Source: Octopus vulgaris
Lineage: Eukaryota
Assembly (NCBI GenBank): GCA_951406725.2
Contig: OX597818.1
Span: forward strand, 60,574,001 to 60,638,000
Direction: 5' to 3'
DNA: 64,000 nucleotides
Part shown: piece after piece, positions 1-13,056 of the stretch
Numbering within the stretch: position 1 is the first letter of the stretch
Layout: each line of letters opens with the position of its first letter
Translations under genes and position numbers: made by a program
The notes under the pieces: model-generated
Told to the model about the DNA's origin: nothing
What the model saw: the letters and a program-made list of their open reading frames with translations, nothing else
Databases searched by the model: none

Positions 1-203
1 TATATATATATATCGGCTGGATATATTAGAGTTTTATTGGTATATTATTTCAATCCTTCGGCCATTTAGAAGTTCGTTAAAACTTTTTATATATATTATT
101 AAAGAATTCACCACCCAGACTTGCATTTTCTTAATATATTATTCAAAACTGTTTTGGAAAAGAAAAAAAAAATGAAAAACTATATTCTGATGGTTGCTTA
201 TTA

Positions 204-417
204 TGTCTGGTGTACGAAAAGTCCGTGGCTTTAAGGATGTCGCAAAAGGCCTGGTTGGGGACCCAATATTCCAAGTTCTTTTACAGAGATCAGAAGAACT
301 GAAGGGCGGTTGCAATAATTGTGTAAATCCGAGGTCAATATGTTGAATAAAATCATAATTAACTGTCCCTCCTATATTTTCTTTTGCCCTAAGCCAAGAA
401 CTTTTCAGCACCCCTCG
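204..417 (+). mobile_element. mariner-derived MITE / internally deleted mariner
   Basis: Imperfect TIRs (left tgtctggtgtacgaaaagtccgtggctt; right aagccaagaacttttcagcacccctcg) flanked by TA. Internal remnant resembles the mariner C-terminal KCV..G.YVE* end. Confidence 0.6.
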
Positions 418-1130
418 TATATGAATATCATTGTAAAGATATCTAAATATTGTTTACAGGAGCGTTTGTTTTCAAAATAGAGGGACACTAGATGTTCACT
501 AGGGCTCTGTCTTCAGAACTATCGTTGTCGCCTATTTATAAGATTTAAAATATAAACCTCCATCCGTTTTCACTCTATAATCTCTCCGTACATGTTCTAT
601 CCACGAACTATCACATGTAGTTTAGAACAAGGTTTAAAATCGCTTCGATATCATAAAAAAAAACTGTACTTGTCAAGATCGAAAACTGATTGTTCGATTC
701 TCATTGCGGAGAAGCTACTGAAATAGTGAAGCTAGCTGTAGAATCAAAATATCTAAATTTCCGAAGAATTAAGAAATAATTCGATAAACAATTCTGAAGG
801 AGGATTGCCTCTTTTGTAGGCCGTAAATATCACTATTGTATGCTAAGAACAAACCACGTTTTGACGAACGGTTCAGGGATATCTGTGTTAATATCTGTGT
901 TACGTTGGCTAAGAAGAAACCTATTAAATATACTTGATACACAGCAGCTAATAGAGAAGTATACTTAAAATGAATCTCAAATACTCTTCAGATTGTATGT
1001 CAAATAAAAGCAGGAGGAATTTGATGTCAAGAAGTTATCCCTTCATGCGCAAGAGAAACATATTTTCGACTTGTCTCTGTATGTCTCCCTCACCCTCTCT
1101 CTCTCTCATCCTCTCTCTCTCTTTTTCTCT

Positions 1131-1178
<48 letters not shown>

Positions 1179-1494
1179 GTCACATACACAAACGCTTAAT
1201 GACCTTGTTCTGAAAGATCAGATTCTTTTTCATTCCACAAGGAATACAAATTTATTCAGACTAACAAACTTCTTTGTATAATTTCTGCCAACAGAGACCA
1301 CCACTCATTTCCCCGGACACTGTTTCTCCACCCCACCCCACCATCGCTATATGTTATATACTACCACATAAATAACTTGCTACAAGTAAAAGGTAGCTTC
1401 TGTATCTTATGTGACCTAATAATGGCTTCATCGATTCTTTCAATGAACGTATAATAGCTACAGCAAGAAATGGACGAGGTACGTTAGTTTAGTT

Positions 1495-1560
1495 CAGTGG
1501 TTTCCAACCATTTTTTGCAGACGGATCTCTTTGATTCCTGCTTTACTCCACTGGACCGCC
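1495..1560 (+). mobile_element. hAT-like terminal fragment
   Basis: Starts cagtggtttccaacc, the same TIR type as 58905. Partner end not found. Confidence 0.35.
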
Positions 1561-2046
1561 ATATATATTTGCTTTATATATAAAAGAAATATCAACGTAT
1601 TCTTATGATTAAATATTAGGAGGGATTTGTATGAATAATTAAAATATTTTGTGTATGGTAGAAGTACAAGGAATTTATTGCACATACATTTTAACAAGAC
1701 AATCTTAAGTGGCTGTTATTTCTAGGAAGTCGTTCCCTATTTGATCCGTTGTTATGGACATATATTATATGAAGAGAGGATATAAGTGAAAGAAAACTAC
1801 TGCGAGCAGAAGATGGAATGCAGAGAGAAAGAATTCATCAAAGTCGTTCTCAGATTAGTGAAGTCGGACCCAGCTTAAGAACAGCTGGTTTAGTTAGAAG
1901 CAAAATGTTTCTTTTTCACTGTATGAAACAAAGGAAAGTTAGAAGCGTGTCTAATGACTGTTTTTGTGGCCATTTTTTGGTCTTGGTTAATGAGATAGAA
2001 CAGACTTATAATCAATGCTATTCTGGCCACGGCTATTTCTTTCATT

Positions 2047-2634
2047 AAGGCGGAGATCTGGCAGAAACGTTAGCACGCCGGGCGAAATGCGTAACTGTAT
2101 TTCGTCTGCCGCTACGCTCTGAGTTCAAATTCCGCCGAGGTCGACTTTGCCTTTCATCCTTTCGAGGTCGATTAAATAAGTACCAGTTACGCACTGGGGT
2201 CGATATAATCGACTTAATCCGTTTGTCTGTCCTTATTTGTCCCCTCTGTGTGTAGCTCCTTGTGGGTAGTAAAGAAATAGGTATTTCACTTGCCGCTACC
2301 TTCTGAGTTCAAATTCCCCCGAGGTCGACTTTACCTTTCATCGTTTCGAGGTCGATTAAATAAGTACCAGTTACGCATTGGGGTCGATATAATCGACTTC
2401 ATCCGTTTGTCTGTCCTTGTTTGTCCCCTCTGTGTTTAGCCCCTTGTGGGTAGTAAAGAAATGGGTATTTCGCCTGTTGCTACACTCTGAGTTCCAATTC
2501 CGCCGAGGTCGACTTTGCCTTTCATCCTTTCGGGATCGATAAATTAAGTACCAGTTACGCACTGGGGTCGATGTAATCGACTGGCTCCCTCCCCCAAAAT
2601 TTCGAGCCTTGTGCCTAGAGTAGAAAAGATTATT
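2047..2634 (+). mobile_element. SINE family A, internally trimeric copy
   Basis: tRNA-like head (ggcggagatctggcaga...gagttcaaattcc B-box). The body gactttgcctttcatcctttcg..gtcgat occurs three times, ending in the gtgcctagagtagaaaag tail. Confidence 0.85.
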
Positions 2635-2646
2635 TCTACTTTTTTA

Positions 2647-2866
2647 AAGGTGGTGAGTTGGCAGAAACGTTAATACGCTAGGCGAAATAGTTAGCGGTAT
2701 ATCGTCTGCCGTTACGTTCTGAGTTCAAATTCCGCCGAGGTCGACTTTGCCTTTCATCCTTTCGGGGTCGATAAACTAATTACCAGTTGCGTAATGAGGT
2801 CGACCGAATCGACTGTCTCCGTCCCCCAAAATTTCGGGCCTTGTGCCTAGAGCAGAAAAGATTATT
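2647..2866 (+). mobile_element. SINE family A, monomer
   Basis: Same head, body and gtgcctag tail as the adjacent copy. Confidence 0.85.
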
Positions 2867-3649
2867 TCTTACAATTTCTTAAACATAAAACCTCTTGGTT
2901 TGAATTATGTCACGTGCACTTTCGTTTCTAAAACGTCAGCGCATGACCGGAGGGAGATTCGGTTGTTTCTTCTAAGAGTGTAAAATATCGTTGTAAGATG
3001 GTTTCTTCGGTAAGTGACAAACAAAAGATTGTAATTGTTTTAGCCTGAGACCAGATCTAATTGGTTAATACTTTAAATTAAAACCTTTCCACCCCCGTTA
3101 ATATGTTTACAACGTTCAATAAGTTCTTTTGGAGATTGTAGGAAAGTAATTAAACACTAATTTGACCAATGTATGCAGAGTAGAACACCAGAGGAGGCAA
3201 ACCTACGCATTGACAAGAAGTGAATTGGTTTGGGTATGCTGGTTGTTATTTCTGATTTAGTAGAACGGTAACAAGATATTATTTGGCAGTGATGATTAAC
3301 CCATCGACTTGTGGCTTAATGTATCCAAGGACACATTATCCAACCGGTGCTTCCTTTTATTAAGACAATCGAGAGTTAATTGAGAGAAATTTGGCTGTTA
3401 TTTCTTGGAAGTCGCTCCCTGTGTGGTCCGTTGTTATGGACGTATATTGCATGAAGAGATGATATAAGTGAAAGAAAACTACTGCGAACAGAAGATGGAC
3501 TGCAGAGAGAAAGAATTCATCAAAGTCGGACCTCAGGGATGCTGCATCTCACAGACAATATTATAGAAGATCGATAGAAGGAGAAAATGCATATTAGTGC
3601 AGTCTCATTTATCCCTTACCAACTGGGAAAATGAACACTACCATCCTCA

Positions 3650-3803
3650 TTGATGATGATGATGATGATGATGATGTTGATGGTGATTATGATGAGGAGG
3701 AGGAGGAGGAAGAGGAGGAGGAGGAGGAGGATTATGAGGATGACGATGATGATGATGATGATGATGACGATGATGGTGATTATGATAATGAGGATGGTGA
3801 TAA
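3650..3803. repeat. (GAT)n/(GAG)n compound microsatellite
   Basis: Direct reading. Confidence 0.9.
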
Positions 3804-3956
3804 TTAGATATTTCTAGATTTCGCTATTCGTTTTGTTTCCTTTACGCTCATATATACACACTCAATTCGCACACCACAGCCTCATACGCATGCGCGCACA
3901 GAATCACATGCGTACATATATGTGTATGTATATGTGTGTGTATGTGTGTGTGCGCT

Positions 3957-3987
<31 letters not shown>

Positions 3988-4163
3988 AGGCGCAAGCGTG
4001 GCTGTGTAGTCAGAAGCTTGCTTCCCAACCACAAGGGTCTCCGGTTCAGTCGTCCTACTTCTGAGCACCTTGGACAAGTGACTTCTACGATAGACTCAGC
4101 TCGAGCAAAGCCTTGTACATGGATTTGGTAAACGGAAACTGAAAGAATCCCACATGCACACAT

Positions 4164-4212
<49 letters not shown>

Positions 4213-4416
4213 CGTGTGTGTGTCTTTGTTCCCCACCACCTTCCTTTTAACAACTGGTGTTTGTGTGTTTAGGTTTCCGTAACTTAGCGGTTCGTGAGAG
4301 AGTCCGGTAGAATATTTTGGACCCTTAAAAAACTGCGTACTTGTGTCGATTTGTTTGACCAAGGCTGTGCTCTCAGAATGGCCGTAATCTAATGACTGAA
4401 ACCAGTAAAGGATAAA
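3988..4416 (+). mobile_element. SINE family C, diverged copy
   Basis: ggcgcaagcgtggctgtg head, ggatttggtaaacggaaactgaaagaa body, central (CA)n, atggccgt..atgactgaaaccagtaaa tail. Confidence 0.75.
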
Positions 4417-4509
4417 ACACAGAGAAAATATTTGAAGTTATGAAAGGCGAAAATGAAATATGTTGAAGATGCTCTTTGAAAACCGGTTAATGAATGGTGA
4501 GATAGATTA

Positions 4510-4559
<50 letters not shown>

Positions 4560-4560
4560 A

Positions 4561-4925
4561 GGTGCAAGCGTGGCTGTGTGGTCAGAAGCTTGCTTCCCAA
4601 CCAGATGATCTCCGGTTCAGTCCTACTTCGATAAGTGACTTCTACGATAACCTTGGTTCGACCACAGGCTTGTGCGTGGTTTTGGTAGACGGAAACTGAA
4701 AGAAGCCTACATGCACAAATGCACATACACACATGTGTGTGTGTGTCTTTGTTTGTTCCCGGTGTTGGTGTATTTACGGAGACGTAAACACACCAACTTA
4801 TTTTAATTAACTTTTAATTAATTAATTCAATTAACTTAGCGGTTCGGTGAGAGAATCCGGTAGAATAAGTAGGACTCTTAAAAATCTGCTCCCAGAATGG
4901 CCGTAGTCTAATGACTGAAACCAGT
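4561..4925 (+). mobile_element. SINE family C, diverged copy (duplicate of 3988)
   Basis: Shares private variants and the 3' flank with the 3988 copy. Confidence 0.75.
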
Positions 4926-4943
4926 CTTTTCTTTTTTCATTTT

Positions 4944-5321
4944 ACTCCGTCGGTTACGACGACGAGGGTTCCGGTTGATTCGAATCAACGGAACAGCCTG
5001 CTCGTGAAATTAACGTGTAAGTGGCTGAGCACTCCACAGACACGTGTACCTTTAACGTAGTTCTCGGGGATATTCAGCGTGACACAGAGAGTGACAAGGC
5101 TGGCCCTTTGAAATACAGGTACAACAGAAACAGGAAGTAAGAGTGAGAGAAAGTTGTGGTGAAAGAGTACAGCAGGGATCACCACCATCCCCTGCCGGAG
5201 CCTCGTGGAGCTTTAGGTGTTTTCGCTCAATAAACACTCACAACGTCCGGTCTGGGAATCGAAACCGCGATCCTACCACCGCGAGTTCGCTGCCCTAACC
5301 ACTAGGCCATTGCGCCTCCAC
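4944..5321 (-). mobile_element. SINE family B (tRNA-Arg-like head)
   Basis: Full-length match to the 12500/32152/58481 copies. TSD actgaaaccagt at 4914-4925 and 5322-5333. Confidence 0.9.
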
Positions 5322-6346
5322 ACTGAAACCAGTAAAGAATATAACGCAAAGATAGAGAAAATATTTGAAGTTATGAGAAGGCAAAAATGAAATATATTGA
5401 AGATGCTCTTTGAAAAATGGTTAATGAATGGTGAGATAGATTAATTCAGTAACATTCAACGCAGCATTTCTATGTGAAATGTTATGTATAGCTTCTGTCA
5501 CTGATATAATCTGGTAAAATAGATTTCATATATTCCTTCAATCACGGAGATTTTTACTCTTCGCTGCATTCGAACGCAAGTATTATGAATGGGTGAAGTT
5601 GGTGTGAATTAACTTTGGTGTATATCGTAGAGTTATTAGAAGCTTGCATGCACACTGTGACGTCATGGAAAAGGGGAAGGGACAGAGATGTGATCAAACA
5701 CATGAGATGAAATATTTAAGATAAACAGCGTGGAGGAACATAATCTGGGTGTCAAGGTATAAAGTTGAAAGTTCAGCCGATTCTATCTTTACAAATATTC
5801 TTGGAATTGTAGAAATGACAGCATTTATAACATGCAAACAATTCTTCAATCAAAGACTAATGTGTGATAGTTACAAAGTCAGGTGTTGCAAAGTGATAGA
5901 ATGACTTGTGGGTTTTGATGTGAGCATTGTAATGCAAAGTATAGTTTGGCAGCAAAAGACGAAGACATGAGAGGAAACGGCAATGCCAGAGCGCAGGGTT
6001 AGTGATGAAGAGTAATGATACTGCTTAAATTATCAATGATTTCAAATAAATGCTTCTGGGAATTTAAGTGAATTTACAAAGACTGTGTTTGCCAGAAGTA
6101 TATCTACTCTAATTAGACTAAACGTGTTTCCATTAAAGTCTATTAGACGGAGTCGGAATTTACACGGCGAATAATTTCCTGTCGATGTTGAATAAAACTT
6201 AACTTTAAACAAATATGTATAAGGATTTAATTCTTTTTGAAATCTAATTGTTGCTTTTTAAAACCAGCAAACTAATTAACGTGCAGACATTTAAGATCCA
6301 GTAAGGATTGTTATGTTGATTACCAGAATTGTATATCTAGTGGTTG

Positions 6347-6647
6347 AATGCGCCTGGCTTAGTTGCTAGGAGTGTTCGGCTGACGATCGCAAGGTAGTGG
6401 TTTCGATACCCGGCATCTCGTTGTGTCACTGAGTAAGACAGTTTATTTCCCGTTGCTCCAATTCAGTAAGCTGACAAGAATGAGTTGTACGTGTATTCCA
6501 AAGGACCAGTCTACTCACATACCGTACCACGCTAAATCTTTGTGAAAATTATGTTAAGAGTACGTGTCTGTGGAGAACTCAGTCACTGCAGGCTGTTCCA
6601 TCGATCGGATCAACTGGAACATTCGTCGTCGCGATCGACGGAGAGCC
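6347..6647 (+). mobile_element. Old SINE with D-type head and B-type tail
   Basis: tggcttagtt..gtttcgatacccgg..gttgtgtc..ttcccgttgctcc head, followed by the gtgtctgtggag..gatcggatcaactggaac..cgtcgtc..gacggag tail. Confidence 0.7.
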
Positions 6648-6792
6648 ATATCCAGGACCGTTTTCAAACAAATTTCTTCATTTCGATATGATAGCAAATG
6701 AAATTTTTATTTTCCAAATTGTTTTACATAGATTTATTTAAATCCTTACAAAGATATTTTTGGTAGAAATAGATTTGGGAACGATCGCTTGA

Positions 6793-7217
6793 CTACTCTT
6801 TACTCTTTTACTCTTTTACTTGTTTCAGTCATTTGACTGTGGCCATGCTGGAGCACTGCCTTTAGTCGAGCAAATCGACCCCAGGACTTATTCTTTGTTA
6901 GCCTAGTACTTGTTACATCGGTCTCTTTTTGCCGAACCGCTGAGTTACGGGTACGTAAACACACCAGCATCGGTTGTCAAGCGATGTGGGGGAGGGGACA
7001 AACACAGACACACAAATACATACACACACATACATATACATATATACACATATATACGACGGGCTTCCTCCAGTTTCCGTCTACCAAATCCACTCACAAG
7101 GCTTTGGTCGGCCAGACGCTATGGTAGAAGACACTTGCCAAAGGTTCCACGCAATGGGACTGAACCCGGAACCATGCGGTTGGTAAGCAAGCTACTTACC
7201 ACACAGCCACTCCTGCG
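6793..7217 (-). mobile_element. SINE family C
   Basis: Near-consensus full-length copy with (cttttact)n tail. Confidence 0.9.
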
Positions 7218-7289
7218 ACTATTGTATAAAGATAAAAACCACGAGTGTACATTAATATTTCATCCATTCCTCTATCCATTTTCGTGGCC

Positions 7290-7650
7290 CTCTATTCGTG
7301 GGGACCGTGGGGGCGGGGTACCATCAGAAGCAACCTTCATTACACTCTCTGTCTGGATTCTCAAGCGTGACCAGATGAGAATATGGATATTTTCCAACTC
7401 TGCATTTCTTGGTCTTTTCTCTGGGTTTCTGCCGGTTGGTTCAGTTTGAAGAACCTGTTTTGCGATTCTTACTTACGACGTTGTAACCATATGTCTGTGT
7501 CCGTAGGAACGGAACCGTGATCTCTCAATGTGGACAAATAATCATTCCACCCGGAGAAATCTCTGATGTCCGAGCTACTCACCCTGTGGAGTAATGTTAT
7601 TCCAGAGATCCTTCGAAGGAACTCTGTTTCGGCAACATATACATAAGTGA
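7290..7650 (-). pseudogene. RTE-clade LINE ORF C-terminal remnant
   Basis: Minus-strand translation gives ETEFLRRISGITLLHRVSSSDIR...HIERSRFRSYGH...RIAKQVLQTEPTGRNPEKRPR, matching the RTE EM.FLRRI.G..RW.GH..GRPR pattern, with frameshifts. Confidence 0.7.
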
Positions 7651-7906
7651 GGATAGGTACGGAAACCGAACTGAAGAGAGAAAATTTGGCATTTTGCCCA
7701 ACCTCTCCCCTTCTGAGGATCGAATATTGAATCTGGCAGAGTACTGCGCCACTATCTGCAATTCTAGCATCCAGTTTTTATTATCTAATTCTTCGAACTT
7801 GATGGCAGTAAATATTTGTAGAAACTTCCTAACGACAAAGGAGAAACTTTATTCCTCAGTACTTATGGCATTCTAAAATTAATTAATATAGTTACGATGT
7901 AGTATA

Positions 7907-8206
7907 GTGGAAGCACATAGCCGAGTGGTTAGAGCAGTGGACTGGCGGTCGACGGATCGCGGGTTCGAATCTCAGACCGGGCGATGAGTGTTTTTATGAG
8001 CGATACACCTAAGCCCCACGCGGCTCCAGCAGAAGGTAATGGCGAACTTCTGCTGACTCTTTTGCCACAACCTTCTGTCACTCTTTCCTCCTAGCAACTC
8101 ACCTGCGACGGACCGGCGTCCCATTCAGATGGGGAATCAATACGCCAAGGAAAACGGGAAACCGGTCTTTATGAGTTTGGCATGGCTCTAGGGGCAACGA
8201 CAACAC
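7907..8206 (+). mobile_element. SINE family E (B-type head, D-type tail)
   Basis: tRNA-like head with ggttcgaatctc, B-like middle, and tail gcgacggaccggcgtccc..tacgccaaggaaaacgggaaaccgg. Second copy at 41792. Confidence 0.8.
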
Positions 8207-9526
8207 TTTATAGTATGTTGGTGCAAGTTTTACACATAGCTTTACAAAATATTGTCTAATGAGAGCATATTAGATTGAACACCAACTGTAAGACGAAATA
8301 TATTAAATTTGTTTTCCTCTACAAAAAAGTAGGTGTTTGTCGTATGCAAAGGTACCCCTTATACAAAGGGTACCCCATATCTTTCTGTCTTGCGGCCGCA
8401 CGACACTTTTCATTGTATATATGTCTTATTTTGTCGTGTTTCTTTTCGTCATTGTCCTGTATATTCGTTAGCTGTTCCCAGTGACTTTTTGCCACATATA
8501 CATATACATATACATTGTTGGGTAGAAGATTCAATGTGACCAGATACTTTGAGAAGCTTTGTTCTATACACCGTACAGAGAGAAATCTTCATTAACTTTA
8601 ATGTTCATTATCAAAATACGAGGTTGCAAACATATCTTCATTAGCCACCATCATTAATTGTTTTTGAAAATTTACTAAGCAAGCTCTTAACTGAAAACAT
8701 TTCTTTGATCAAGACTAACGACACACTCTCTCTCTCAAAATAAAATTTACTTCACAACATTTCAGCTCGGGTATAATTCATAATGGAGAAATACAATCCA
8801 TTAATTTTTATGCTTTTGTATAATAATTACTAATTAATATTTTTAAAGCTATTTCATAGATATTCAAATATTAGTTTTCCCTGTATTTCATTACTAATTG
8901 AACTTTTCAATATTTCCATTCTTTAATTTTTACCAATTACCTATTGCATACCCAGGCAAAGAGACTTCCACATATAATATATATTATCACGGAGTACCCG
9001 TATATTTAGTTTTGTATCCTGCAGGTAGTGTCATATTTATTCCTTCTTGAAGCTCATTGTATTTCATAGATAGGTTAGTTCTTCGTCCATTCTTTACCTT
9101 AAGTCTAAGCACCTATTGTTCAATAAATATTGTTCAACCTGTTCCTCTCATCTTCTTCTCCTTCTTCTGCTTTGCATGAACTCAATTATTTCTTCTCGGG
9201 GAAATAATTATTTTGCTGTTGTACGACTTTGTTTCTAGTCCACTCTTTGCTAAGGTTTTCAAACGTGTATAGAAATATGTACAGCTCTGTACATGCATTC
9301 GATTCAAATTGAATTCCCGAAGATGTTGAATAATACGGTGCGCTACTGTCATTGTATGCAAGAAATACAATACAAATTGTATCGCATCCTAAGTTAAAAG
9401 AAATAAGACAAAAACAACGACAACAACAACAACAATAATTATATGACAATTAGATTACGAATACACAGCTCAATAATATATATATTAATGTATTGATATA
9501 TAAATATACCTGCATATATGTATATA

Positions 9527-9560
<34 letters not shown>

Positions 9561-9774
9561 CATATATATATATATGTATATGTATATATGTATATACCGA
9601 GAGAGATAATTATAATACATATAAGTATGTATTTATGCATATATATATATATATGTTTGTATCTATGTGTGCATGCATGTATGAATGCAACTACGTGTGC
9701 TTCTGTTTGTGTGTGTGTGCGTGTATGCATTTACTTACATAACAGTCCGTTTTAAGAGCTCTCTCACAATTTCC

Positions 9775-9915
9775 TTTACTTGTTCCAGTCATTTGACTGT
9801 GGCCATGCCGGACAAATCCACGCCAGGATTTATTTCTTAAGCCTAGTACTTATTCGGGTGTTCTAATTTTGCCGAACCGCTAAGTGAAGGGGACGCAAAC
9901 ATAAACACATCAAGT
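9775..9915 (-). mobile_element. SINE family C 3' fragment
   Basis: ttacttgttccagtcatttgactgtggccatg..gccgaaccgctaag. Confidence 0.7.
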
Positions 9916-9920
9916 GGTAT

Positions 9921-10175
9921 AAGTACTGTAAGCTCTTCAACCCACATAGTGTCAAGGTGAGTTACTCCTGTTTCTAACATTGCTCAGCATAACAGACGTA
10001 AACGCGCACCTTACAACCTCTAACCTCAACTTGTAATTTTCGAAACCATACTAATTGCCCCTCAAGAGGATACTGCCTCTCAAGTGTTGTAGTTTATAGA
10101 GCCACCCTCACACTAAACAATGGCATCACAAGGAACTACACAGGCATGACAGCCAATAACTTGAAGGACAGAACT
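9921..10175 (+). pseudogene. Penelope-like element linker + GIY-YIG endonuclease remnant
   Basis: KLFNPHSVKVSYSC...HNR, then CNFRNHTNCPSRGYCLSSVVVYRATLTLNNGITRNYTGMTANNLKDR, matching the PLE CNCR..CPL.G.CL..VVY.A....YIG.T...FK.R pattern. Confidence 0.75.
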
Positions 10176-10799
10176 TATGAGTTGACCTGATATATAAAAG
10201 CAATAATTTAGATGAGGAAAGGAGAAGTGAAATTGACATTACAATTGTTTCCATAAATAAACAATATTCTTATTCTCTGTCTCGTACAATGTTATGCAAT
10301 CCTTGCATAATATTGGGAAATAGGTAACAACTCTATAGTCCAGTCGCTTCCTCAGATGTCATCATTTGAACGTACCATCGGCGATATGAACATTTCTGGA
10401 TAAGTTGTTTTGGGCATGTTACAATATGTAAATAGACCGGAGATTTATAGCTTTCACTTGGTATCTGCTGTAAGTTTTGAGACAATAGATGTCATTATAA
10501 AAGTCAAAATAAACTCAGGATAACAGCGGTTGGAATTTATCTTGATAGATCAAATTGTTAACCACAAAACGATCATTGTCCGTTTAATGACTTGCGCAGT
10601 GACAATAGCATTAAGATAAAATTCTCAAGAAAAGCCTACGTTTTTTATCCAGCCACCCCTTTCTCCGATAGATTTCATCGAAGCTACGCATATACACACA
10701 AACGCGAGTACACCTGCATACAAAATTGCAATACTACAATGGCTGCAAGCATACCGTATATATAATTATATATTTAGGTACGCACAGATATTCATATAT

Positions 10800-11039
10800 G
10801 TTTCTTTATTACCCACAAGGGGCTAAACATAGAGGAGACAAACAAGGACAGACAAACGAATTAAGTCGTTTACATCGACCCCAGTGCATAACTGGTACTT
10901 AATTTATCGACCCCGAAAGGATGAAAGGCAAATTCGACCTCGGCGGATTTTGAACTCAGAAAGTAACAGCATAACAGCAGACGAAATACGGCTACGCATT
11001 TCGCCCGGCGTGCTAACGGTTCTGCCAGCTCGCCGCCTT
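10800..11039 (-). mobile_element. SINE family A
   Basis: Full head to gtgggtaataaagaaa tail. TSD gcacagatattcat at 10782-10795 and 11040-11053. Confidence 0.9.
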
Positions 11040-11117
11040 GCACAGATATTCATGTAGGCAAGCATAAAGGTGCTCCCCCACACACACGCATATTCACGCC
11101 CGCACATACATACATAC

Positions 11118-11153
<36 letters not shown>

Positions 11154-11366
11154 AATGTAGATCTTTAGCTGGGATAAAAAGTCACATTCGATCATAGCAC
11201 CAGTAACAGTTAAGCTTCGTGCAATGGCCATACTCGATAACAAGGGGGTAGCCATAATGTATGTATGTATGTACGTACGTACGTATATATGTATGTATGT
11301 ATGTATATATGTATGCATGTATGTATGTATGTATGTATGTATGTATGTATGTATGTATGTATGCAT

Positions 11367-11717
11367 GTGGTGGCACAATGTCCCAGTGGGTAGGGCAGCG
11401 GATTCGCGGTCATAGGACCTCGGTTTCGATTCCCAGGCCAGGCGTTGTGAATGTTTATTGATCGAAAACAGGGGTGGTGGCGAGCCTTGCTGTATTCTTT
11501 CATCGCAACTTTCTCTCACTCTTCCTGTTTCTGTTGTACCTGTGTTTCAAAGGGGCCAGGCTTATCACACTCTGTGTCTCGCTGAATCTCCCCGAGAACT
11601 ACGTTAAGGGTGCACGTGTCTGTGGAGTGCTCAGCCACTTGCATGTTAATTTCACGAGCAGGCTGCTCCGTTGATCGGATCAACCGGAACCCTCCTCATC
11701 GTAACCGACGGAGTGCC
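11367..11717 (+). mobile_element. SINE family B (small internal deletion)
   Basis: Aligns by eye to the other B copies. Confidence 0.85.
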
Positions 11718-11824
11718 ATAACGATTCATGAATATATAAATATACACACCAACATGAATTATCATGCGTATACTCGCACGCACACCAAAGTTATCTGTTA
11801 GGGTACCCCTACACACAGTAGATA

Positions 11825-12221
11825 TCTTTATATATAAAAGTGAGGTTGTGTGCTGTCTATCTCCTAAGATTTAGATTCCTAACTACTCCCACATTTTGCG
11901 GTGCAGTGTAACCAAAAGCGGGTATCTTATAGTCGTGATTCATATCGAGCCCTTCTGGGTATTAGCGCGCGTCTGCGATGAGTCTACGATTAAAAAAAAA
12001 ATTTACCATCAATTTTTCCCATTTTTAATGCATTTTTGGCATATATAAGGAAGCAACTCTCTAAAAATTTATTATTAAATCTCAGAACGTAAAAAGTTAC
12101 AGTAACCCCCCCCCCCTTTGTGGTTAGCCATATTGAGATGGCTATTATACTTTACATCTCTAAAAATGCTTATATAGTTATTTCCCTTACAAACCCGAGC
12201 AACGCCGGGCGATACTGCTAG
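11825..12221 (+). mobile_element. Non-autonomous Helitron
   Basis: A^TC start (tctttatatataaaag), 3' hairpin cccgagcaacgccggg, CTAG^T end, no TSD. Near-identical copy at 29883. Confidence 0.85.
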
Positions 12222-12499
12222 TACACTTATAGAAGAACAAGTATTTCGCAAACATTTTTATTGTGTGACTTAACTGCTACCAGTATATCTAATGTGAATA
12301 ATTCAAATCTATCGTCATTCATCTGTGATTGATGATGCTACGTCTTGTGATGTTCACAAGGCCAACTCGATCGCAGGGACATACTTTCGCGTCCAGGTAT
12401 TACTGATCTTTGTCTTGAATAATTTATGCTTTGAATGTTATTTGTTGCTTTTTTTTTTGGTTTTTAGTGGTGGTGGGGAAGAAGGAGGACAGTAACACT

Positions 12500-12890
12500 G
12501 GAAGGAAGCACTCCGTCGGTTACGACGACGAGGGTTCCGGTTGATCCGAATCAACGGACCAGCCTGCTCGTGAAATTAACGTGCAAGTGGCTGAGCACTC
12601 CACAGACACGTGCACCCTTAACGTAGTTCTCGGGGATATTCAGCGTGACACAGAGAGTGACAAGGCCGGCCCTTTGAAATACAGGTACAACAGAAACAGG
12701 AAGTAAGAGTGAGAGAGAAAGTTGTGGTGAAAGAGTACAGCAGGGATCACCACCATCCCCTGCCGGAGCCTCGTGGAGCTTTTAGGTGTTTTCGCTCAAT
12801 AAACACTCACAACGCCCGGTCTGGGAATCGAAACCGCGATCCTATGACCGCGAGTCCGCTGCCCTAACCACTGGGCCATTGCGCCTCCAC
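12500..12890 (-). mobile_element. SINE family B, flanked by a ~90-bp direct repeat
   Basis: Full-length copy. Flanks 12411-12499 and 12891-12982 are direct repeats. Confidence 0.9.
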
Positions 12891-13056
12891 TGTCTTGAAT
12901 AATTTATGCTTTGAATGTAATTTGTTGCTTTTTTTGTTTGTTTTTTAGTGGTGGTGGGGAGGAGGAGGAGGACAGTAACACTACAGCTCTACACTTCTGC
13001 AACACCCTGACGCACTTCCACAACCTGATTTACACAATGTTGATAATATCATTTTA

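Noticed and set aside
3631-3807. Short acidic D/E-rich ORF
   Set aside because: It is made almost entirely of GAT/GAG repeats, with no supporting exon context.
5550-6010. Possible decayed CR1/L2 RT on the minus strand
   Set aside because: Only faint motif traces; cannot be supported without a profile search.
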